This document shows, piece after piece, positions 9,601 to 17,680 of a DNA stretch of 64,000 nucleotides. This stretch comes from an uncultured Gemmatimonadales bacterium (GTDB lineage Bacteria > Gemmatimonadota > Gemmatimonadetes > Longimicrobiales > RSA9). The stretch lies in NCBI GenBank assembly GCA_963798845.1, contig CAWCUS010000002.1, positions 256,001 through 320,000 of the forward strand. Reading direction: 5' to 3'. Position 1 is the first letter of the stretch, and each line of letters starts with the position of its first letter. The position numbers were made by a program, and so were the translations under genes. Below the pieces are notes generated by a model. That model made no database searches. It was not told the origin of the DNA and worked only from the letters and a program-made list of their open reading frames with translations.

Positions 9601-10269
9601 ATGAACACCACCTTCGGCCCGATCGACCTCGCCCTCGTCATCACCGCCGCCGCACTTTTCGGCGGCATCGCCGGGTACGCCGTTCGCTGGGTTCAGGAAC
9701 GGAGACGAGGCTCGCGGGCAGGCCGGGCGGCGACGTCATCGCGGCCGGACCCGCTGCGCCGCGTGAGCGTGGCGGACACGTGGCTGCCCGGCCGGGGGTT
9801 CGCCACGGCGGAAGCGGCGTCCGGGGCCGGAGAATCCGGAGAAAGCTGGTCGGGGCGGGCGTCGGCGACGTTCCCGCCCCCGGGAACAGACAACCCGCTG
9901 GTGCTGGTGGTGGACGATCGGCTGGAGCTGCGGGCCGTGCACGGCGCCTATCTGCAGAAGCACGGCTACGAGGTCCTGACTGCCGCGGACGGAGAGACGG
10001 CGCTCGAGCTGGTTCAGGCGCATCACCCGGCCGTGGTCGTGCTCGACCACTCGCTGCCTCGCCGTACCGGTATCGAGGTGGCGCGTCTGCTGCGAGCCGA
10101 TCCGTTGACGGCCGACATCCCGATCATCCTGATCAGCGCCCACAGCTATGGCGCCATCGGCAAAGCGGCCCGGGATGCCGGCGTCGCCGCCTTTCTGCCG
10201 AAGCCCGTGGACCCGAGCCGCGTGCTCCGCGAGGTGGACCGCCTGGTGGGGGTCCGGCCGCAGCACTGA
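9601..10269 (+). CDS. Response-regulator receiver protein with N-terminal membrane anchor
   Basis: Hydrophobic N-terminal helix; VLVVDD, VVLD (phosphoacceptor), ISA, LPKP. Confidence 0.8.
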   Translation: MNTTFGPIDLALVITAAALFGGIAGYAVRWVQERRRGSRAGRAATSSRPDPLRRVSVADTWLPGRGFATAEAASGAGESGESWSGRASATFPPPGTDNPLVLVVDDRLELRAVHGAYLQKHGYEVLTAADGETALELVQAHHPAVVVLDHSLPRRTGIEVARLLRADPLTADIPIILISAHSYGAIGKAARDAGVAAFLPKPVDPSRVLREVDRLVGVRPQH

Positions 10270-10320
10270 CCGCAGCGCAGACGGCGCTCGGCGGTCGGCC
10301 GGCAGCACCCGGAGGGGCGA

Positions 10321-10358
10321 CAGCGGGGACCCGCGCTTCGGTGCGCGGGTCCCCGCTG
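10321..10358. terminator. Hairpin between convergent genes (probable bidirectional terminator)
   Basis: Perfect 16-bp stem CAGCGGGGACCCGCGC / GCGCGGGTCCCCGCTG with loop TTCGGT. Confidence 0.7.
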
Positions 10359-10386
10359 CTTGCCACCTTCTGGGCCCGGGGGCCTG

Positions 10387-12486
10387 CTACGGTGCCACGG
10401 GCGTCGTCCCGGGGCGCCCGATCCACTCGCCGAGCCACCCGTAGATGGCGTTCCACCACACGATGGCGTTGGCTGGCTTGAGCACGAAGTGGCTCTCATC
10501 CGGGAAGTAGAGCAGCCGTGCCGGGATGCCGCGGCGCCGGAGCGCGGTGAACGTGCTGAGCCCCTGCTCCAGCGGGACGCGGTAGTCGTGACCGCCGTGC
10601 ACCACGAGCATCGGCGTTTGCCACCGGTCCACGAAGAGCGACGGGTTCCACTGGCGGTAGAGCTCCGGGCTCTCCCACGGGGTGCCGCCGAACTCCCACT
10701 CCGGGAACCAGAGCTCCTCGGTGGAGAAGTACATGCTGCGGATGTCGAACAGGCCATCGTGGTTGACGATCGCCTTGAACCGGTTGGTGTGTCCCTCGAA
10801 CCAGTTCATCATGTAGCCGCCGTAGGACGCGCCGGCGGCGGCCATGCGCGTGCTGTCCAGGTATTCGTAGCGCTGGAGCGCCGCGTCCAGCCCGTTCATC
10901 AGGTCCGTGAACGGCCGGCCGCCCCAGTCCCGGCTGATCTGGTCGGTGAATTCCTGGCCGTAGCCGGTGCTCCCCCGGGGATTCACACCCACCACCACGT
11001 AGCCCGGAGCGGCGAACATGTTGTAGTTCCAGCGGTAGTGGAAGTTGTCCTCCCACGCGCCCTGCGGCCCGCCGTGGACCAGGAAGACCACCGGGTACTT
11101 CTTCGACGGGTCGAACGACGGGGGCTTCAGCACGAATCCCTGCACCGAATCCCCGTCCGCGCCCTGGAACCAGAACGGCTCCGCCGGCTGGAGGGACAGC
11201 TGCGCCAGCAGCGCCTCGTTCGGGTTCGCCAGGCGACGCACCGTCTTCCCGCTGCCATCCACCAGCTCCAGCACCGTGGGCAGCTCCGCCTTCTGTCGGG
11301 CGACGACGATCCGGCCGCCTTCGCCCACCAGGGCGAAGCTGCCGTCCATGGCCCCGTCCGTCACCGGCTCGACCTTCCCCGCGTTCCTGCCGGTGACAGG
11401 CACCCGGTACACGCGTATGTCCATCCGGTCCTGCGCGTTGAACCAGAGCGTGCGGGAGTCCGGAGCCCACTCGAAGGAGCTGACGGAGTGGTCGAAGTCG
11501 GCGGCGAGGGGACGGATCTCGCCAGTGCGGCGGTCGTAGAGCGTGAGCTCCGCGCGGTCCGCTTCGAAGCCGGGGCGGGACTGCGCCAGGTACGCGATCC
11601 AGCGACCGTCCGGCGAGTAGACGGGCGAGTTGTCGTTGCCGTCGCTCTCCGTGATCAGCTTTGGCTCACCGCCCGCGGTCGGGACGACCCAGACGTCGTT
11701 GCCGGTTCCGACGGACGTGGGCACGTCCGTGTTGCGGACGAACGCCAGCTCCTTGCCGTCCGGGCTCAACGAAAAGTCCTGGAAGCCCGGCAGTCCGAGC
11801 GGAGGCGTGTCGTACGACCCAGGCGTGATGTCGCGCGCTTCGCCGGTGCCCGGATCCGCGACGAACACGTGGCTCCGCATCTGGTCTTCCCACGTGTCCC
11901 AGTGCCGGATCATCAGCTCGTCGTAGATCTGCGCGGTGGAGCCGGCCGCCTCCAGGCGACGCGCCCTCGCCGCCGCCGAGTCGCCTTCCGGCCACACGTC
12001 CACCGGGAACGCCAGGCGCGACCCGTCGGCCGACCACACCGGGCCGCCCGACACGCCGTTCTCCACGTGCGTCAGCTGCCGCGCCTCGCCGCCGCCGGCG
12101 GGCATGAGCCAGATCTGCGCCCCATCGTCGCCACGCGCCGAGACGAACGCGAGGCTGCGACCGTCCGGCGACCACGCGGGCGACGAGCTGGATGCCGCCG
12201 CGCTCGTCAGTCGCCGCGGCGGCCCCCCGGCCACGGGCACCAGCCAGATGTCCGTGTGCCCCCGGTTCCCGTCGATGTCGTACGCGGTCACCGTGTACAG
12301 CACGTTCCGGCCGTCGGGGCTGACCACGGGCGCGCCGACGCGCTGCATGTGCCAGAGGTCCTCGGGGGTGATGGGTCGCTGCGCCGCTGCCGGGGACGCG
12401 GGCGCAGCCATCAGCGCCAGCGCCGCAAGCGCCACCAGGGCCGGCGTGCGTGGGAGGGTGGGAGCGGCAAGCCTCACTCTATGCAT
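10387..12486 (-). CDS. S9 family prolyl oligopeptidase / dipeptidyl aminopeptidase, secreted
   Basis: Signal peptide; WSPDG-type propeller repeats; HGGPQG, GASYGG nucleophile, DYRV, PDESH. Confidence 0.93.
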   Translation of the reverse strand: MHRVRLAAPTLPRTPALVALAALALMAAPASPAAAQRPITPEDLWHMQRVGAPVVSPDGRNVLYTVTAYDIDGNRGHTDIWLVPVAGGPPRRLTSAAASSSSPAWSPDGRSLAFVSARGDDGAQIWLMPAGGGEARQLTHVENGVSGGPVWSADGSRLAFPVDVWPEGDSAAARARRLEAAGSTAQIYDELMIRHWDTWEDQMRSHVFVADPGTGEARDITPGSYDTPPLGLPGFQDFSLSPDGKELAFVRNTDVPTSVGTGNDVWVVPTAGGEPKLITESDGNDNSPVYSPDGRWIAYLAQSRPGFEADRAELTLYDRRTGEIRPLAADFDHSVSSFEWAPDSRTLWFNAQDRMDIRVYRVPVTGRNAGKVEPVTDGAMDGSFALVGEGGRIVVARQKAELPTVLELVDGSGKTVRRLANPNEALLAQLSLQPAEPFWFQGADGDSVQGFVLKPPSFDPSKKYPVVFLVHGGPQGAWEDNFHYRWNYNMFAAPGYVVVGVNPRGSTGYGQEFTDQISRDWGGRPFTDLMNGLDAALQRYEYLDSTRMAAAGASYGGYMMNWFEGHTNRFKAIVNHDGLFDIRSMYFSTEELWFPEWEFGGTPWESPELYRQWNPSLFVDRWQTPMLVVHGGHDYRVPLEQGLSTFTALRRRGIPARLLYFPDESHFVLKPANAIVWWNAIYGWLGEWIGRPGTTPVAP

Positions 12487-12719
12487 GGGTCCTCACTTCG
12501 TCATGTGGTCGGCGCGGTCTTCCGCCGGGCAGCCGCCGGAGGCCGTGACTGAAGCACCAGGCGGCGGTCCCCGGAGGCCGCGCCGGAAGTGCTTCGTGGT
12601 GTAGCGAGCGACGACAGGTCGCGCAAGGCGAGCGACGCACCCCGGGGCGCCGGCCGCAGCCGGGACGCCGGCCGCTCGGGGTGGCGGGCTCGGGACCCCG
12701 GGCCCGGCGCCGCCGCAGG

Positions 12720-13409
12720 TCAGCCGCCCGACGCGGCCGCGGACGTAGCGGCGCTGGTGGCGGCGACCACGGCCGCCTGAACCGCCTGGATGGTGGCCCG
12801 TGTGGCGTCCGCCGCCACATTGTCCTCCAGCAGCGTCTTCAGCCGGGCGTTCCTCCCCTTGAGCGCTTTTCGGCCGAGCAGGGGGGCCAGCAGGCCGGCG
12901 CTGTGGGCGATGCCGACCAGCGTGGCCGTGCGGGTGTCCACCGGCCCGTCGCCGAAGACGGCCTCCCGCACCCGCTCGAGCAGGCGGCGCTCCGGCGCGG
13001 GGTCGAGCTCCGGATAGACGGTACGCCGGAACAACAGCAGGAGCCGCTTCTCCTCGACCCGGAGAATCCCCTTGTGGACCAGGCCCCGTGCGGTCTCCCG
13101 GAGCCGCTCCCGCCGCGAGAATCGGCCGATCCACGTCACGGCGCTGGCCCGCCGCTTCGCGTCGCGGACGAGGCGGAGCGCCGCGTCCAGCACGGGGTTC
13201 CCGACCGGCGATGCGCCCGTGGAAGACTCGAGCAGGGGCCCGCCCCTCCGGCGCGCCACGAGGCGCACCCGCTCCTCCAGCAGCAGCTCGGCGAGGATCG
13301 CCCCGCCTACGGCATAGGCGTACATGCTGGTCGCCGGTGTTCCGGCCTTGTCTTTGAGCGCGAGAAGGAGAGCCTCCTCGTGCAGCCGCAGATCGTGCGT
13401 GGTGGCCAT
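12720..13409 (-). CDS. GOLPH3/GPP34 family protein
   Basis: LHEEALLLAL, GAILAELLL..RV, LV.KGIL...EKR.LLLF....YP. Confidence 0.85.
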   Translation of the reverse strand: MATTHDLRLHEEALLLALKDKAGTPATSMYAYAVGGAILAELLLEERVRLVARRRGGPLLESSTGASPVGNPVLDAALRLVRDAKRRASAVTWIGRFSRRERLRETARGLVHKGILRVEEKRLLLLFRRTVYPELDPAPERRLLERVREAVFGDGPVDTRTATLVGIAHSAGLLAPLLGRKALKGRNARLKTLLEDNVAADATRATIQAVQAAVVAATSAATSAAASGG

Positions 13410-13508
13410 GGCGCCCCCGGGTACCGTGGGATGAAAGCGTCCCGTCGAACATGGCCGGGATCATCTCCCCACACCAGGCGCGGAACCCCGGTGCGGGGCC
13501 GGGCGGTA

Positions 13509-13537
13509 TTGACCGCTGTCACGCGCGCGGATACACT
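13509..13537 (+). promoter_or_regulatory. sigma70-type promoter
   Basis: TTGACC (13509-13514), 17 bp, TACACT (13532-13537). Confidence 0.6.
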
Positions 13538-13548
13538 GCTGCCGGCCC

Positions 13549-13695
13549 GTGGTGCGCCCTCAGCGCCCGCGGGCGTCGGTTTGTGGGGAGGGGGAGGGCG
13601 CCACCGGCGCCTGCCCGGAGACGTTGACTCCCCAGTCGGGCGCCGACGCCTGTGCGGGGGCGGTGCCACAGAGTTTCGGCGGCGTCTGCCGCCGA
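13549..13695 (+). ncRNA. Candidate long-hairpin small RNA or structured 5' leader
   Basis: Nested stems CCCGC/GCGGG, GGGCGTCGGT/GCCGACGCCT, TGGGGAG/CTCCCCA, GGGCGCC/GGCGCCT, then hairpin TCGGCGGC-GTCT-GCCGCCGA. Confidence 0.35.
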
Positions 13696-13742
13696 TGCGT
13701 GCCGGCCGCCGTGCCGGTGAGTTTCGAGGAGATGGCAAGACT

Positions 13743-13961
13743 ATGAAGAAGGTCTGGATGGTCGCGCTCACGCTGTCGCTGGCCGCCTGCGGTGGGAACG
13801 GGGGCGACGCATCCATGGAGGAGCAGGCGCCCGCCGAGGAGACCGCCCCGGCCGTGCAGTCGGCTCCGGAGATGCAGGCACCGGCGGACAGTGCCATGCT
13901 GGACACCATGACCACGAAGGGGCCGGCTGCCACGTCGCCCGACTCCGCACCGCAGCAGTAG
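13743..13961 (+). CDS. Small low-complexity lipoprotein (72 aa)
   Basis: MKK + hydrophobic stretch + LAAC lipobox; GAGGAG upstream; hairpin downstream. Confidence 0.8.
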   Translation: MKKVWMVALTLSLAACGGNGGDASMEEQAPAEETAPAVQSAPEMQAPADSAMLDTMTTKGPAATSPDSAPQQ

Positions 13962-13974
13962 CTCCCGCCGTCCG

Positions 13975-14002
13975 GATGGGCGGGGCAGCGCGCCCGCCCA
14001 TC
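13975..14002. terminator. Hairpin after the lipoprotein gene
   Basis: GATGGGCGGG / CCCGCCCATC 10-bp stem. Confidence 0.5.
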
Positions 14003-14037
14003 GTCCTCCCCCTCCCCCCTCCCCCCTCGCCCAACAC

Positions 14038-14169
14038 CCGACGCCGGGTCAACCGCCGCCGAACGCCGGGTCAACCTCCGCCGACGCCGGGTCAACCTGC
14101 GCCGACGCCGGGTCAACCTCCCCCGACGCCGGGTCAACCTCCCCCGACGCCGGGTCAACCTCCGCCGAC
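14038..14169. repeat. Tandem repeat, ~21-bp unit x6
   Basis: ACGCCGGGTCAACC at 14041, 14063, 14084, 14105, 14126, 14147. Confidence 0.95.
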
Positions 14170-15450
14170 CGCGTCCAGGACGTAGCCCGGCCAGACGGGT
14201 GGCGGCGCCTCCGCGGCACGGGCGGCGCCCGGCCCGCTCGCCGCCCGCCCCGCCCCGGCGTGGCGTGCGTTGATGGCGGCAGCCGCCCGGTTGTACTCCC
14301 CCATGAGCGTGGCGGGCCGGCACACGGTGGCCACCACCGCGGCGCGGCCCAGCTCCCGCTCCACGGTGGATGCCATGAACCAGCCGAGCGTATAGAATGG
14401 CCCCTGAGGGAAGCCCTCGCGGTTGATGAAGCCGAAGCCGGCGCGGTTCATGGCGTCGCCCGTGAGGGTGCCGTTGTGGATCGCCATGAAGAAGTCGCCC
14501 AGCGCCGCCATGTCCGTGGCCACGCTGTCCTGGCGGATGTCCCACGCCCGCCGCAGCCCGGGATCGGAGCCCCGCTGCGGGTCGGCGTCCGGCGACCCGG
14601 CGGCGGCGAGCACGGCCAGCCCTTCGGAGAAGCCGCCGCTCCAGCTGTAGAGCGCCATGAAGCGCTCGTCGTCCGTCTCCGGCGGCGCCGGACAACCGGC
14701 GGCGGTGCCCACGTGGTGCAGCTCATGGGCGAGGATGTTTTCCAGAGACTCCGGTGTCTGGCCGGGGTCCATGTACATGAAGATGGCCGGGTTCTCCGAC
14801 CCCAGCTCGAAGATGAAGCTGTTCGTCGCCGCCCGCAGAAGCGGGTATACGGTGCCGCGCAGCCGGGTGCCTTCCGGCAGGTAGGCCAGCGCCCGGCGCC
14901 CCGCCCGCTCCACGTCCACCCGCTTCCACACCTCCAGCGCACTCCGCAGCGCCGCCCGGTTGGCCAGCAGCGCGCTGTCGGTGGCGAAGAAGATGCGGTG
15001 CTTCTCGTCGGTGAACCCGCGCTGGAGCCCCAGCTGCTCGTCCAGGTCGCGCTCACGCGCCATCATGCGCGTGTACCCTTCGCTCGCGAACAGGCGCTCC
15101 CATGCCGACGCCGGGATCGCTTCGCCGCTGGCCCGCAGGTCCAGGATCGCCAGCACGGCCTCCGCCTCGTCCGGCTGGATCCTCAGATCCACGGCGCCGG
15201 CCGGGGGCACCACCACCGCCGCCGGGAATGGCTCGGCGACGGCGAGCGTCGCCAGCTCCGTCGGCCCGGCGAGGCCCGCCGGCCCGGCGGGCTCGGCGGC
15301 TTGCCCGGCCGCGGCGGCCGGAGCGGCCGCGCCGAACGCGAGCGCCGCTGACACCGCGAGGGCGGCGGCGGAGTTCAGGAGGACGGGGAGGGTGTGGCAC
15401 CCCCCGGTGGCGGTCCAGCGATGCGCTACTGTCACGACATCCTCTCCCAT
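14155..15450 (-). CDS. Putative secreted Zn-dependent protease (DUF5700-like); start uncertain
   Basis: Ala-rich signal-like region; AHELHH motif, downstream SEGLA, YTLGWFMA. Confidence 0.7.
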   Translation of the reverse strand: MGEDVVTVAHRWTATGGCHTLPVLLNSAAALAVSAALAFGAAAPAAAAGQAAEPAGPAGLAGPTELATLAVAEPFPAAVVVPPAGAVDLRIQPDEAEAVLAILDLRASGEAIPASAWERLFASEGYTRMMARERDLDEQLGLQRGFTDEKHRIFFATDSALLANRAALRSALEVWKRVDVERAGRRALAYLPEGTRLRGTVYPLLRAATNSFIFELGSENPAIFMYMDPGQTPESLENILAHELHHVGTAAGCPAPPETDDERFMALYSWSGGFSEGLAVLAAAGSPDADPQRGSDPGLRRAWDIRQDSVATDMAALGDFFMAIHNGTLTGDAMNRAGFGFINREGFPQGPFYTLGWFMASTVERELGRAAVVATVCRPATLMGEYNRAAAAINARHAGAGRAASGPGAARAAEAPPPVWPGYVLDAVGGG

Positions 15451-15585
15451 GGATCGAGTGCGCCGGAGGGGCACTTCTTCGGACACGCGCCACGCCGCGA
15501 TGGTTGTGCGCGGCGCCCCGTCATCCGAAGATCCGGCGGGCCGCCCCGTCCCGCGGCGGCCGTCCACCGCTCACCGGGGGCAGTC

Positions 15586-16896
15586 ATGCGACGACGCGAT
15601 TTCCTGATCCACGGGTCCCTCTCCACCGGCGCGCTGGCGGCGTTCGCTGCCGGCCCCGGCGCAGCGTGGGCGGAGGCGGCGCACGCGGGGGACGGGGCGG
15701 GCGGACCGGCTGCCGGCCAGGGCCCCCGCCTCGGCCTCCGTCCCGCGGAGCCCCCTGCCCCCATCAGCGAAGCGGAGCGGGCGGAGCGGCGGGCGAAGGC
15801 CCAGCGCCTCATGGCGGAGCGGGGGATCGCCGGGATGTTCATCGAGCCCGGCGCGTCCCTGACCTACTTCGCCGACCTGGCGTGGGGGCGGAGCGAGCGG
15901 GTGTACGGGCTGCTGCTCCCCGTGGCCGGCGACGCGGTGGTCATCTCGCCGGCGTTCGAGGCCGAGCGCGCGGCGCTGGGCGTGAAGGACCGCTTCGACA
16001 TCCGGGCGTGGCAGGAGGACGAGAGCCCCTACTCGCTGATACTGGACACGCTCCGGGGCGCGGGGCAGCGGAGCGGCCGGATCGCGGTGGACCCGGCGGC
16101 GAGGGTGTTCGTGCGCGACGGGATCGCGGGCGTCACGGGCGGAAGCTTCGACGTCGTCAGCGCGGCCCCCGTCGTCGAGCTCACCCGCGGGGTGAAGAGC
16201 GCGCACGAGATCGAGATCATGCGCTTCGCCAACCAGCAGACGCTCCAGGCCTTCGAGGCCGCGTTCGCCACGCTCCGGCCGGGCCTCACGCAGGAGGAGC
16301 TGGCGCGCACCGTGTCCGGCGCCATGGCCGAGCTTGGCTGGCGCGGCGGCGCGCTGGTGCTCTTCGGCGAGTCCTCCGCCTACCCCCACGGCGCGCCCAG
16401 CCCGGCGCCGCTGAAGGAGGGCGACGTGGTCCTCGTGGATGGCGGACTCCAGGTCCACGGCTACAGCTCCGACATCACCCGCACCGTGTCACTTGGACAG
16501 CCCTCGGCCGAAGCGCAGCACGTGTTCGACGTGGTGCTCGAAGCGCAGGAGGCAGCCCGCGCCGCCGCCCGGCCCGGCGTCGCCGCGGGCAGCGTGGACG
16601 CGGCCGCCCGCGCCGTCATCGACCGCGCCGGCTTCGGCCCCGGCTACCGCCTCTTCAGCCACCGCCTCGGCCACGGCATCGGCCTGGAAGGCCACGAGTG
16701 GCCGTACCTGGTGAAGGGGAGCGACGTGGTGCTCCGCACCGGCATGACGTTCAGCGACGAGCCCGGGATCTACCAGTACGGGAAGTTCGGCATCCGCTGC
16801 GAGGACATCATGGTGATCACGGACGGGGGGGCGGAGCTGCTGACGGGGCCGGCGACCGGGCTCGGCCTGGCGGCCTCGCAGAGGGGCTCGGCCTGA
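15586..16896 (+). CDS. Xaa-Pro peptidase (M24B), Tat-exported
   Basis: MRRRDFL Tat motif; GY.SDITRT, HRLGHGIGLEGHE, FSDEPGIY, GIRCED. Confidence 0.92.
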   Translation: MRRRDFLIHGSLSTGALAAFAAGPGAAWAEAAHAGDGAGGPAAGQGPRLGLRPAEPPAPISEAERAERRAKAQRLMAERGIAGMFIEPGASLTYFADLAWGRSERVYGLLLPVAGDAVVISPAFEAERAALGVKDRFDIRAWQEDESPYSLILDTLRGAGQRSGRIAVDPAARVFVRDGIAGVTGGSFDVVSAAPVVELTRGVKSAHEIEIMRFANQQTLQAFEAAFATLRPGLTQEELARTVSGAMAELGWRGGALVLFGESSAYPHGAPSPAPLKEGDVVLVDGGLQVHGYSSDITRTVSLGQPSAEAQHVFDVVLEAQEAARAAARPGVAAGSVDAAARAVIDRAGFGPGYRLFSHRLGHGIGLEGHEWPYLVKGSDVVLRTGMTFSDEPGIYQYGKFGIRCEDIMVITDGGAELLTGPATGLGLAASQRGSA

Positions 16897-17375
16897 CGGC
16901 CTCGCAGAGGGGCTCGGCCTGGCGGCCTCGCAGAGGGGCTCGGCCTGATGGCCTCGCAGAGGGGCTCGGCCTGGCGGCCTCGCAGAGGGGCTCGGCCTGG
17001 CGGCCTCGCAGAGGGGCTCGGCCTGGCGGCCTCGCAGAGGGGCTCGGCCTGGCGGCCTCGCAGAGGGGCTCGGCCCGACGGCCTCGCAGAGGGGCTCGGC
17101 CTGACGGCCTCGCAGAGGGGCTCGGCCTGACGGCCTCGCAGAGGGGCTCGGCCTGATGGCCTCGCAGAGGGGCTCGGCCTGACGGCCTCGCAGAGGGGCT
17201 CGGCCTGACGGCCTCGCAGAGGGGCTCGGCCTGGCGGCCTCGCAGAGGGGCTCGGCCTGACGGCCTCGCAGAGGGGCTCGGCCTGACGGCCTCGCAGAGG
17301 GGCTCGGCCTGATGGCCTCGCAGAGGGGCTCGGCCTGACGGCCTCGCAGAGGGGCTCGGCCTGATGGCCTCGCAG
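16858..17375. repeat. Tandem repeat, 26-bp unit x ~20
   Basis: GGCCTCGCAGAGGGGCTCGGCC plus a variable 4-mer (TGAC/TGGC/TGAT/CGAC); GGCCTCGCAG recurs every 26 bp from 16872 to 17366. Confidence 0.97.
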
Positions 17376-17389
17376 CGGGACTCGGGTTG

Positions 17390-17680
17390 GCGCTGGGGCT
17401 CGGGTATCTCCGTGACGTACTCCCCGGCCCTCGCCGCCGGCCCGCTCGACGGCCGCCTCCTCACGGGCGGCTGGGAGGCCATGGCGGTGCAGGTGTTCTA
17501 CCCGGACGACTACAATGGCGCCTACCGACCCGTACTACGCGGGCGAGGTGGCCTACGGCGACCGCGCCGAGCACTGCTGGAACGGGGACCCGACGCGGCC
17601 CAACGCGCTGTCCCGGCTGCGCTACATCCGAGATGTTCGCGCCGCGCATCATGGAGCGGATCCGGGCGAGCGGGCACTGA
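17390..17680 (+). pseudogene. Internally deleted, frameshifted remnant of an alpha/beta-hydrolase (esterase-like) gene
   Basis: Protein-like blocks in three frames: ISVTYSPALAAGPLDGRLL|TGGWEAMAVQVFYPDDYNGAY, TDPYYAGEVAYGDRAEHCWNGDPTRPNALSRLRY, EMFAPRIMERI. Confidence 0.6.

Noticed and set aside
16858..17375. CRISPR array
   Set aside because: No unique spacers (only a 4-nt variable position) and no cas genes; it is a tandem repeat.
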